A stretch of 64,000 nt of DNA. It comes from the human T2T-CHM13v2.0 reference genome, Homo sapiens. Of this stretch, positions 12,963 through 24,840 are shown piece after piece; within the stretch, counting starts at the first letter, position 1, and every line of letters begins with the position of its first letter. The position numbers and the translations under genes were made by a program. The notes under the pieces are model-generated. The model did no database searches. It saw only the letters and a program-made list of their open reading frames with translations, and was not told where the DNA came from. Location of the stretch: assembly GCF_009914755.1 (NCBI RefSeq), contig NC_060930.1; one strand, 5' to 3'.

Positions 12963-13128
12963 GACCGGGCACGGTGGCTCAGGCCTGTAATGTCAGCACT
13001 TTGAGAGTTCGAGGCGGCAGGAACACTTGAGTCCAGGAGTTCGAGGCTGCAGTGAGCTATGATTGGGCCACTGCACTCCAGCCTGGGTGACAGAGCAAGA
13101 CTTTCTTCCTAAAACAAACAAACAAAAA
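12963..13128 (+). mobile_element. Monomeric Alu (FRAM-like or AluJ left/right-arm hybrid) in the AMD1 pseudogene
   Basis: Left-arm-like start (GCTCAGGCCTGTAAT..CAGCACTTTG) joined to a J-type right-arm end (GAGTTCGAGGCTGCAGTGAGCTATGAT..CCACTGCACTCCAGCCTGGG); (CAAA)n tail; no TSD. Confidence 0.85.
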
Positions 13129-13535
13129 GGTATGCCCCCATTCAGATCTCAGAATGGTATGAAACACCCCAGATCCTTGGTTTGCATTGAGTTGTTTCCA
13201 GGAGAACCAGACTTCTAGCAGCTTCTCGGTCCCTTAGGAAAAACGTGCAGCTCCCAGTGAACAAACCAACAGCCACAGAAAATCAACTAAATTAAACCTC
13301 CTCTCCTGCCATTGCTGTCACTGCTGCAGATGGTTTCAGCTGTGTTACTACAGTTCAGATTGCTTTTTGTTTTGCTATAGTTTTACGTTAATTTTTTTTT
13401 TTAAAAAAAGGACTCATGAACTTTTCCCAGCTTTTTGTGAGCCAGAGTTGAATGTGAGTCTCTCCAAAATAGAGGCAGATACAGTTTAGTCTCTGGTAAT
13501 CCACTGCTTTCCCATTAGAGAGAGTAGAATAAGCA

Positions 13536-13556
13536 CTAGCTAATGTTTCTGGACAT
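13536..13556 (-). other. Remnant of the AMD1 polyamine-responsive uORF (MAGDIS -> MSRNIS*)
   Basis: ATG TCC AGA AAC ATT AGC TAG at the extreme 5' end of the retrocopy; the parent reads ATG GCC GGC GAC ATT AGC TAG. Confidence 0.9.
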
Positions 13557-13567
13557 TTTATGTAAGC

Positions 13568-14605
13568 CCATCTAAGCCATGTTTAAGCATCCAGTTTAGT
13601 AGTGTTAAGGGTATTCACATTGCTGTGAAACTGATCTCCAGAACATTTTTATCTTGCAAAACTGATACTTTATACCTATTGAACAATTCCCCATTTCTCT
13701 CTCCTCCCAGCCCCTGTCAACCACCATTGTATTTTCTGTTTCTGTGAATTTGACTACCTTAAATATTTAATATAAATGGGAGTATACAATATTTGTCTTT
13801 TTGCAACTAGCCTATTTCACTTACCATATGTCTTCAAGATTTATCCATAATGTAGCATGTGAAAAGATTCCCTTCTCTTTTAAGGCTGAATAATATTCCA
13901 TTGTAGGTATAGAACATCTCTCATTTATCCCTTCATCTGGCAATGGACATTTGGGTTGTTCCCAACTTTGGCTATTGTGAATAATGGTGCTCTGAACATG
14001 GGTGTGCAAATATTTCTTCAATATTCTGCTTTCAGTTCTTTTGGATATTTGTCCAGAAATTGAAATGCCAAATCATATAGTAGTTCTATTTTTAATTTTC
14101 TGAGGAATCTCCATAGCGTTTTAAATGGCAGCTGCACCATTTATTTTCCCACCAACAGTGCAGAAAATTTCCAATTTCCCCAGATTCTCACCAACACTTG
14201 TTATTTTCTATGTGTGTGTTTTTTATTATGGTAGTGATCCTGATGGATATGAAGCAATATCTCATTGTGGTTTTGATTTGCATTCTCTAATGATTGGTGA
14301 TACTGAACATCTTTTTATATGTTTGTTGTCTATTTGTATATCTTCTTTGGAGAAATGTCTATTCAAATCCTTTGCTCATTTGGATTTTTTGTTGTTGAGT
14401 TGTAAGAGTTCTTTATAGATTCTGAATATTAAACCGTTATCCACTATGTAATCTGCAAATATTTTCTCCGTTCCATAGGTTGCCTTTCCACTCTACTGAT
14501 TGTTTCCTTTGATACACAGAAACGTTTCTTGGGTATGACACCAAAAGCACAGGCAACAAAAGTAAAGATAAACAAATAGGACTAGAGGTGACTTAAAAAA
14601 ATCTG
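13568..14605 (-). mobile_element. L1MB/MA-type 3' end with short 5' inversion (14523-14605 on +)
   Basis: ORF2 C-terminal remnants (WEQPKCP, MEYYSALK) on minus; FLGMTPKAQATKVKINK on plus. Confidence 0.85.
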
Positions 14606-14807
14606 TCCAGTCATCAACCTATGCACACTATCTGTTTCTCTATTGATCTACTCCCCGACCCTGCCTCACACAAACAATCCATTGGTTACCATGGTTCTGA
14701 CAACCTCTAGTCTCTAAACTACAGCTAGCTGATTTACAACCCCCTTTCTTCATTGCTACCATCTGAGAAATTGGGGCTCTCCAGGGCCAGCTTTGGAGAC
14801 AGTTCCT

Positions 14808-15488
14808 AAATAGGAACATTTTTACACTATTGGTGGTACTGTAAACTAGTTCAACCCCTGTGGAAGACAGTGTGGTGATTCCTCAGGGATCTAGAACTAG
14901 AAATACCATTTGACCCAGCCATCCCATTACTGGGTATATGCCCAAAGGATTATAAATCATGCTGCTATAAAGACACATGCACATGTATGTTTATTGTGGC
15001 ACTATTCACAATAGCAAAGACTTGGAACCAACCCAAATGTCCATCAATGATGGACTGGATTAAGAAAATGTGGCACATATACACCATAGAATACTATGCA
15101 GCCATAAAAAATGATGAGTTCATGTCCTTTGTAGGGACATGGATGAAGCTGGAAACCATCATTCATTCAGCAAACTATCACAAGGACAAAAAACCAAACA
15201 CCGCATGTTCTCACTCATAGGTGGGAATTGAACAATGAGAACACTTAAATACAGGAAGGGGAACATCGCACACCGGGGCCTGTTGTGGGGTGGGGGGAGG
15301 GGGGAGGGATAGCACTAGGAGATATACCTAATGTAAATGACGAGTTAATGGGTGCAGCACACCAACATGGCACATGTATACATATGTAAAAGACCTGCAT
15401 GTTGTGCGCATGTATCCTAGAACTTAAAGTATAATAAAAAAATTTAAAAAAATAAAAATAAAAAAATGCAAAGAGAGAAAAAAAAAAG
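14808..15488 (+). mobile_element. 5'-truncated L1PA (PA4/PA5-like) 3' end
   Basis: ORF 14987-15220 [20 protein letters not shown]; G-rich 3'UTR; CCTAGAACTTAAAGTATAATAAAAA plus A-rich tail. Confidence 0.95.
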
Positions 15489-16010
15489 AAGTTGCCTGGT
15501 TTGAGTTATCCTTTGCCTAATCCCTTGTGTCTGTTCCTCACAACCAGAATCATTTTTCTCTCTTCCAGTGGCACAAAACTGCTTACAGCTGCCTGAAATG
15601 CAAAAATTAATGTGTGTCACCCTGCTTTGAGTACAACACTCTTTCTTATTTTACTACTATTAGGAGACACATTCATTTAATATTAAAATTTATGATACAC
15701 TTAGAAAAACAGCACAGTACACTTTTGGATCTTTTTAACTTTTTCTGTTAGAATATTGGCTGCAGCAGATTTTCGTTAGCATTTAAATTAGTCTTTAAAA
15801 AATTCTATTCTAAAATGAATTATCTCTCTTATGATATTTACCTAAATTTATCAAACATACCAAAATATGTAACTTCAGCAACAAATGTTGTGTTCCAGTC
15901 CCATTCCTCACATTTGTAGGGCCTAAGAATACAAACAGAAGTTCACATACCATATGACTAAGTATTTAAAAGTATAAATCAAGTTAACACACTATTATAT
16001 AAAATATGTA

Positions 16011-17138
16011 CAGTTGATTTGCATTATTCTCACATTCTGTATTTGCTAATTTGCCTACTAGCTAAAATTCATTTGGAGTCCCAAAATCAGCTCTTGAGTC
16101 ACTGTTGTGGACATTCACAGACTGTAAAGGAAGGCAAAGATTTTGAGTTGCCAATGCGCATGTTCCCAGCTGAAATGAACAAGGCGAAGCTCTGCCTCCT
16201 CCTTTCAGCTCTTATCTGGTAAATGTGTGTCCTTTTTATGGTCTATTTAGTGTCACGTGTTTCAAGTTTTAGTGCTTTTTGTTGGTAGTTTTGCTGTTTA
16301 GAATGGCCCCAAGTGTCACGCTGAAGTGCCAGACAGCAGGGTACTGGTCCATCGCCCATTAGGAACTGGGCCTCACAGCAGGCAGTGAGTGGCCAGTGAG
16401 TCAGCGGAGCCTCATCTGTACTTACAGTCACTCCCCATCACTCGCATTACTGCCTGAACTCTGCCTCCTGTCAGATCAGTGGTGGCATTAGAGTCTTATA
16501 GGAAAACAAACCCTATGGTGAACTGCACATGCGAGGGATGTAGGTTGTGTGCTCCTTATGAGAATCTAATGCCTGATGATCTGTCACTGTCTCCCATCAC
16601 TCCCAGATGGCACTGTCTAGTTGCAGGAAAACAAGCTCATGGCTCCTACTGATTCTACGTTATGATGAGTTATATAATTATTTCATTATCTATTTCAATG
16701 TAATTATAATAGAAATAAAGTGCACAATAAATGTAATGTGCTTGAATCATCCTGAAACCATTTCCTACCCCCAGGTCTGTGAAAAAATTGTCTTCCATTA
16801 AACCAGTCCCTGGGGCCAAAAAGGTAGGGGATCGCTGCCATACAGTGCCCCTAACTGCAGGGAGGCTGTGATGAGCATTATGGAGAACATACAATGGGCA
16901 TCGCTCAGACATGAGTGATAGTGCTGTTAGCCCTGAGTTCAACATTAATGAAATCAACAATATATGTTAAATAAGATGTCTTTGAACGGGAACAGTTTAT
17001 GTACTCATCAGTTGATAAAAATGCTGTGACCAGGAACCTAACCATGCATTTCCCCACGGCAATTGTTCAGTATTTGATAATTCAGTGCTCCCTGTGATTT
17101 TATAGGATGCAACTACCACAAATAACAAGAATCAACTG
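16011..17138 (+). mobile_element. MER82-like TcMar-Tigger MITE, split by MER1A
   Basis: TIRs CAGTTGAT.. / ..ATCAACTG flanked by TA on both sides; internal ATTTGCCTACT.GCTAAAATT, GTTCCCAGCTGA..GAACAAGGCGA. Confidence 0.8.
16337..16837 (+). mobile_element. MER1A (hAT-Charlie)
   Basis: CCTCCTGTCAGATCAG..CCTTATGAGAATCTAATGCCTGATGATCTG..AAAAATTGTCTTCCA; 8-bp TSD CCAGACAG (16329-16336) / CCATACAG (16838-16845). Confidence 0.9.
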
Positions 17139-17889
17139 TACTGGCCTCCTACCATAAGAAATACACATTCATAAAGACACAATAAAAGAAGATGTGCAAA
17201 GCTATGGTTTTTAGATGACTAAAAATTATCTTCTAAAATATCAAAAGAAATATCAAAGAAAATAGACTTTAATTATTATCATAGATGTCTTGGTGTCCTG
17301 TGAACAGGTTGGCCATGTTTGGTTGAACTGTAAAGACACACATAGTTCTTAAGGTATTGTGTATATACTCCATATTTTTTTTTCTTGCCTTCATTTCGGC
17401 AAAGACACCAATAATGTTGTTATAATAAAGATTTCCATATAGTTTGTTCTATGGTTAAGAATAAACCAAAGAATTAAAATGTAATTGTATGCAATATATA
17501 CAAAATATAAATATATTTTATCTAAGAGCAAATTTAAATAAATACTAAAATTGAAAAATTTAAATATTTATTTTTTATTGTTATCTTTCTTCCAAAAGTT
17601 AATTTTCTATTAAAACTAAGAGAAAAAATAGAAATTGTGTTACATGAAATCAAAATGTATAATAAGTTGTTTACATAGAAATTATGATTAATACGTATCA
17701 ACTTTTAAAATAAAACTTAATGTATTAACATTTTACACTTATTAAGTGTTTTAATAAAACCATTCACAGTTCTAGCTTTCAATATCTATCTAGTTGCCAA
17801 CATAAAGCACTGGTATCACTCAAGCAACCTCTAGATCTATATATAAATTTAAAATAATATGATTGTTTAACATAGCAAAATGTCTCTTA

Positions 17890-18335
<446 letters not shown>

Positions 18336-19149
18336 AATAGAAGGATTTGGCAAATTAATTAACTTACCTTTTCTGTCTCCCAAAAGATCTCACCACTTAA
18401 ATTTTCCCTATACTCTGGAGTAGTGCTTTTGTCTGTGCTGACAACAGGGATGCAACCCCAGAATTTCCATAGCATTCAGATGCAGTCATTTACTGTTTCA
18501 AGGACATTAGACAAAGATGTTGAGAAGCATATCCCTGGGCCATGAACAATGTCAGTCATCAAAAGGGATATCTGAGGTCGAGCTGTGGCAGATCTGGGCC
18601 CTGAATCTGAGCCGTGTCTAAGAAGGTGCTGAGTACTCCTAATAAAGGTAAAAGGGGCTGCATTGAGAAGGAAAGTCGCTGCAAGCATTCCTGATCTCAC
18701 TGGATCATGGCGCACATTAGGCCATTGGCTGGACACAGCCACATGGACGTCTGGTGACCGTGGCACGGTGCGCTGCATCTGAAGTACCCGCCTGGGTTGG
18801 CTACAGCTCTGAAATGAATTAAACCCTTTCTCCTGGTTGAAGCTGAGTTTCCTGCTATCAGCATAGCAGAAGACACTTGCAGCCTTAAGTACAAAATGAG
18901 GTAATATTGTGAAATGTTTATTGTTGTCCATGTGATTCTTGGAGGGCATCTAACTATGGATTCCTGTTCCATTGACTGGCCAAAGTCTATTCCCTCTTCC
19001 AACCTTTTGAATTAATTAAAGAAACACTTTTATTTTTTTTTGGTAACTGACTTACTTCTTCCACCTTAGACAACCAATTTCTCTTTGTTTTCTAAATGTA
19101 GCAACATACACTCTTTCCTAGGGCTCATCACGTTAATGGCAGCAAGAAC

Positions 19150-19365
19150 AACAATAAAGGCAAGCGTTTCTGGAATGCTTACTAGCTGCCAGGCACTGTT
19201 CGAAGCACTTTAAATGTGTGCACGAATTTGTCCTCATAGCAAGCCCAAGAGATGGGCACATTTTTACCAGAGAGGAAACTGAGGCACAGAGGAGTTGAAG
19301 GGACCTGTCAGAGTAAGGTTACACAGGGAGTCTAACTCCAGTCCGTGTTCTTATGCAATTTGCTA
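19150..19365 (-). mobile_element. MIR
   Basis: TGCCAGGCACTGTT..AAGCACTTT..GAGGAAACTGAGGCACAGAG core. Confidence 0.8.
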
Positions 19366-19588
19366 TATGATATTATGGGAAACGAAGAAATGGTACTTTT
19401 TATGTGCCATAGACATGCTTGGCTCATTTTACAGAAAAAAATAGATTTTCCTGCAAATGGGTTGAAAATAATACATACAAGAAAAAGCACTGTTATGTGT
19501 TCACTCATTGCTTTTCCTTCTGGGAGATGATGCCGTTGTCGATACCATTAATACTAGAAGTGGCTTCTATTTAGAACTCCTTATTGGC

Positions 19589-19889
19589 TTTTTTTTTTTT
19601 TTTTGAGACGGAGTCTCACTCTGTTGCCCAGGCCTGGAGTGCAGTGGCACGATCTCGGCTCACTGCAAGCTCCACCTCCTGGGTTCACACCATTCTCCTG
19701 CCTCAGCCTCCTGAGTAGCTGGGACTACAGGTGCCCACGACTATGCCCGGCTAATTTTTTGTATTTTGTTTAGTAGAGATGGGGTTTCACCGTGTTAGCC
19801 AGGATGGTCTCAATCTCCTGACCTCGTGATCCGCCTGCCTCGGCCTCCCAAAGTGCTGGGATTACGGGCGTGAGCCACTATGCCCAGCT
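19589..19889 (-). mobile_element. AluY/Sc-like
   Basis: T-tail; CACTGCAAGCTCC..GGGTTCACACCATTCTCC and CCGTGTTAGCCAGGATGG diagnostics. Confidence 0.95.
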
Positions 19890-21739
19890 GGCATTTTTTT
19901 GATAAAGGGCCTCAGGTGTTCATGTAGAAAAGTGAACAGAAGAAAGAACTCCATGCAACCCATCACTGCTCAGAAATCTGCAAAGAACCTACAAACCTCA
20001 GGAATGTGTTTGCAATGCCCTGAAGTGTCACATTTCACTGGGCAGGAAACAGTTAAATAATTTCCCCCAAGGTCACCCCTAATGTCAGTAGAAGAGCTGG
20101 GCATGGAGCCCGGGTCTCTGGCTCCCCTCCCTGAATTTCAGGAAGCAAACTACACTCTGACATTTAATCAGTGAGACATTCTGTTTGTGTTTAAGCATTC
20201 CCTCGCAATATTTGCAACCCAAACCTTGTAGCATGGAGTCAGCGCCTGAGAAACTGGGAAGGACATCTGACCCAAAGCCAAACTGCCAGTACTAGATGTA
20301 GAAAGAATAAGTTAAATCTAGCCATGTTCAATAAATGATGCCATTAAAAAATCGTCTCTGAAGACTTTCTCCTAATCCCCAATGTGAACACAGGTCAAAT
20401 TACATTATGGTAGATGTGGTCATTATAAGATTCCTGATCCTCAGCCAATGGCCCTCTCCCTTATTTCCAGCATATTCCTTGCAACCAAATTCTAGGACAT
20501 TCTCTGAGAATTTGCTACAGAGGGATTTGATCTGTACCCTAAAAGGGTACCATCACACATCTAAAAGAGTGGAAGGCGTGCAATGGATGGCGACCGTCTA
20601 TTAGCAGGAGGTTGAACTGCATGGTCTATTTTTCAGAACTCTGAGCGCTGAGCCAAGATTAAAGCAAGAGAACTGTCATGAAGGATTGGTGTTTTAGGCC
20701 TGAGGCAGCTTTGGTTTCACCTTGTCTACAATTATGGAAAGGCCTACATCTTGCCTGTTCTGGGTGGAAGAACAGACTGAAAAACGTTTACGCGCTTTAC
20801 AAAACAGCTACATTTCCCTCTTGTTTTTCACCCCCCGTCCCCACCCTGCCTTCACCTTGGAGATGATCCTGTCAATTCAGTCCTGAAAAAGAACTTTCTT
20901 TCAGAACAGCTTCTTCCTGGTGCTCTCACTCCTTGACACTGGCCAAGGGTCCTCTTTGCCTCCAGAGGATGGATCCATCTTCCCCTACCATGGAGACCAT
21001 GAGAAGAAACATGGAGACACCAGGAGGCTTCAATTAGTCTCATACTGGAGTCTTCTTGTTGCATCTCTTTGTTTTCACATGACTATCTGCCAGGTTTCTG
21101 ACTCTTTGTATCCCAGGAACCTTGTCTGGAGTCTTCATCACTGCCTGACTGGCCTTTGGGCCCCAGGATATGCCTTCCTGGGTCTATGGAAACTCACTAA
21201 GCCCTGAAAGACTGGTGGACTTTCTCATTCATCTGATTCAGAGTGAATGTATCTTGTGTATGTGAAGTCCCAGACTGGGCCACTCTTGGTATATGCTGTC
21301 CAATCTTAACACAGTATTAGTGAGCAGGAACCACCCATATAAGAACATAACTAGAAACCCCATCATGGGCTCAACGATCCCCTGTCAATGGGTGACAGTC
21401 ACTCTGTGCCAGACTGGTCTGCCTGACACCACAGAGTCCACCAATGTGTGATCCATTGTATGGAAGGCATGCTTCAGACTGTCCCTTCAAAGCTCCTTTG
21501 TAGTCCTTTAGAGATTGTTTCAGTGGCCTTCCCTGGAGTGTTCTAGTTTGATTCTCTATGTCTTCTCTGTTGGATGTAAGGTCATACTGTAAGTCTCCAA
21601 AAGCCTATGATGTGATTTTCACTTGAATTTTCTACTAACAACACAGTCCAGACAATTTGCTGCCTAAACATGATAGAATTAAGTAACAGTTTAATGTTTC
21701 CTATTAGCCATATGATTCTCATCTACTAAAAAAGATACC

Positions 21740-22107
21740 TGTATTAGTCCGTTTTCACACTGCTGATAAAGACATACCCGAGACTGGGTAACTTACAAAA
21801 GAAAGAGGTTTAATTGGACTTACAGTTCCAGTGGCTGGGGAAGACTCACAATCATGGCGGGAGGCAAGGAGGAGTAAGTCCCATCTCACATGGATGGCAG
21901 CAAGCAAACAGAGGGAACTTGTGCAGGCAAACTCCTGTTTTTAAAGCCATCAGATCTCATGAGACTCATTCACTATCACGAGAACAGCGCAGGAAAGACC
22001 CACCCCCCTAATTCAATCACCCCCCACCAGGTCCCTCCCACAACATGTGGGAACTATGGGAGCTACAAGATGAGATTTGGGTGGGGACACAGAGCCAAAC
22101 CATATCA
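21740..22107 (-). mobile_element. THE1 (C-like) solo LTR
   Basis: TGTATTAGTC...CCAAACCATATCA; perfect 5-bp TSD ATACC (21735-21739 / 22108-22112). Confidence 0.95.
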
Positions 22108-22159
22108 ATACCCAAATTGTTCATTCTGGGAATCTCTCCCTGGTGCCCTAGTGTGTATC

Positions 22160-22276
22160 CTTTCCTCCCTCCCTCCCGTCCCTCCCTCCCTCCCTCCCTC
22201 CCTCCCTCCCTCCTTCCTTCCTTCCTTCCTTCCTTCCTTCCTTCCTTCCTTCCTTCCATCCTCCCTTCCTTCCTTT
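22160..22276. repeat. (CCCT)n(CCTT)n polypyrimidine tract
   Basis: Direct reading. Confidence 0.95.
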
Positions 22277-24139
22277 TCACAAATTGAATATCACCTATTA
22301 GTCAGGTACTGAGAGAAGGGTCATTTATAACACTAGGCAATGAATGTTATAGTAGAAGCAAACATGTGGCTTAATTTGAAAGACCTCATACTTTTTAACT
22401 TAAAAAATTAAATGTTAATTTTATAAGAAAACATAATTACTTGTTTAAATCACGATAATTTATCTTAGATAATTTACATTCTCTGTTATGTTTACTAATT
22501 ATGTTCATGGGCTGATTGAATTAAAAGTTGCTATATTACAGGCCAACCTATTGCTCGATAACAACTAAAAGTAATACATTCATCTATGTATGTGTATATC
22601 CTAATAATTTATACAATTTCATGTCTACAGACTATATTTATCTATTTATACACACATACGTCTTTACCCTAATATTTAGAAAGAAACCAAACCATCGTTA
22701 AACCACACACATATATAGAGATAATTATAAATAGGTAAATACATAATGTTCCTTTGAAGGTCACTACCATGGCCTCAGTAATCATTAAAATGATTCAGTT
22801 GATGCTATTTGTTAAATGCTCCTGATTCTGACAGCACATCCAAAGTGCACTCATCAGTAATCAGAAGTTCTGGACGACTTTGCCAAGGTTATGTCATGCT
22901 ACGTGGAGACATGGATGGTGGAATTTGAGTCTTAGTCTTCTGTGCTTGATCAATATGCTAGAAAAAGGGTATATATATATTTATCTAAATAAGTATATAT
23001 TATATATATTTGTATATATAATTTATTTATGTTTATACATATGTGTGGTTTTAGTGACTTTTCTTTTATTGTTGCTATTATTTGCTTTGTTTTAAATAAA
23101 GTTCATTCATGAGCTACACAGTACATCCAAGATTGACTCACCTAAATGATGCTGTAACTTTCAGCCAAAAGAGCAGTCTACATTTTCCGAATTCATTTTC
23201 TTGTTTTTCTTCAATGTGTGGGGTTTTTTTGGAGGCCAGGGTAAATAACAGCAAATTGAAACTTTGTATTTATTTGTAACTTTGTATTTGCATTTATTCC
23301 TCATAAATACATTATTTTAAAAAATCTAAGCATCCAATGAACATTGGAAATAGTTCAATGTTATCACTTTAAATGTGGAATATATAAGAAAAGAAAATGT
23401 AATTACTTATTTAAATCATCATACATAATTTATCTATTTATAGATAATTTATAATTTATCTACTATATGAATTATACTTAAATCTTTAACAATTTTTAAT
23501 AATCTAGCAATCGTAATACTTCATGATATCCAATTTTATATTTCAGAGAATAAATAGTATTAATTATCTGAAAATATTTAAGAAGAAAAGTTAAAAAAAT
23601 TCGAAGAGAAATGTAGCACTTTCTGAATAAGGGGCTTGTGGAATGTTTTTCCTTTTTTCCTTTTTTCATGTTTTTTTACTATTATCAAGGTAGTATGCTG
23701 TACACAGTCAAAGAGTAATATATTTTATAATGAAAAACATGTTTCCAACCCCACTCTTTCCCACACCCTCAGAGACAATTCATATTGCTAAATAACATAT
23801 TTTCTCCATAATTTCTAGATTTATCACTTTTAGGCCATTCTCTCTTGACTTTCTATTACAGTAGATCAGGACCTGGCTCTCTTACATTACCATCACCTTC
23901 CTTCCACTCTTCTCATTTCCCAATAAAGATAAAACAAAATGTTTGTTTAATCAATATTCAGCAATGACAGTATCTTGATTCTATAAATACTGCTTATTTC
24001 TGAGCCAAGATTATATTTTCTTACTCAGACAACTTTTGAGGATTTTTTTTCTAATGGTGGTAATAATCACCTTACATTTTTATTGCTTAGTTTTCTGTGT
24101 ACCTAATTCTTCACCAGGGCTCCAACAGAGTCAACCATT

Positions 24140-24840
24140 TGTTTGTTCCTTCAACAGATATACTACTAACACCTCTATGTTGGGCACCGTTCTAGGTTCT
24201 ACAGATTCATCAGCAGACGAAAGAAACAAAAACCCCTGCTCTTTGACAGTTTACCTTCTAGTGGGGGAAAAGTCAACAATTTAAAGTAAACATAATGACT
24301 TAGTAAGTATTATTATTTTTAGAATATGAAATGTGCTCTGGGAAGATGTCGCGCAGGTTACAGATGGAGACCAGGGCAAATCAATGAATCCATGTCCATG
24401 CTCAGTAGGGAAGCGAAAACCAGGAGTGCTGAGGGAGGGGCTACAATTTTAAACGGGTTGGCAGTATGGGCCTCATTGAGGTTGAAAGTGAGAAAAGAGT
24501 TAAAGGAAATTAAAAAGTGAGCCAGGTAAATGTGAAGGGCCGAGGCAGGTGGATCGCATGAGGCCTGGAGTTTGAGACCAGCCTGGGACACATAGTCAGA
24601 TTCCATCTTTACAAAAAAAAAAAAGAAAGAAAGAAAAAAGAATGGAGAGGATTGTCCCATATCAAGGGAATATCTATCTAGGACAATGTGGGCCCTGAGG
24701 AAGGGGCATGCTAGGGTGTTCAAGAACCCACAAAAGGGGAATGATTGCCAGGACAGAGTGAGGGAGAGCGTCTGGGGTCCATTTTGTCTGTCTTTATAAA
24801 GACTTTAATTTTTATCCTGAGAGGGGCTGAAAGGTTTTGT
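24140..24840 (-). mobile_element. L2 3' region, interrupted by an Alu monomer
   Basis: TTCAACAGATAT..CACCTCTATGTTGGGCACCGTTCTAGG..AAAAACCCCTGCTC: antisense L2 3' end signature. Confidence 0.75.
24537..24640 (+). mobile_element. 5'-truncated FLAM/AluJ left monomer
   Basis: GGCCGAGGCAGGTGGATCGC..GAGTTTGAGACCAGCCTGGG..TACAAAAA plus A-rich tail. Confidence 0.85.

Larger units (their letters stand above)
11316..13567 (-). pseudogene. AMD1P: Processed AMD1 (S-adenosylmethionine decarboxylase proenzyme) pseudogene: full-length mRNA retrocopy, CDS remnant ~11880-13257; specific AMD1P number not determinable
   Basis: Minus-strand translation gives [122 protein letters not shown], then TGA (11880-11882). 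No introns. ATG replaced by CTG at 13255-13257, TAA at codon 8 (13234-13236), frameshifts. 5' and 3' UTRs match recalled AMD1 mRNA; T11 tail at 11316-11326; degenerate TSD. Confidence 0.95.

Noticed and set aside
18476-18949. 157-aa minus-strand ORF in unique sequence
   Set aside because: No recognisable homology or domain; an ORF of this length is plausible by chance in 64 kb.
21580-21630. SPKAYDVI resembling the LINE RT motif DxxKAFD
   Set aside because: A single short motif; I could not trace flanking RT motifs, so it needs a Dfam HMM search.
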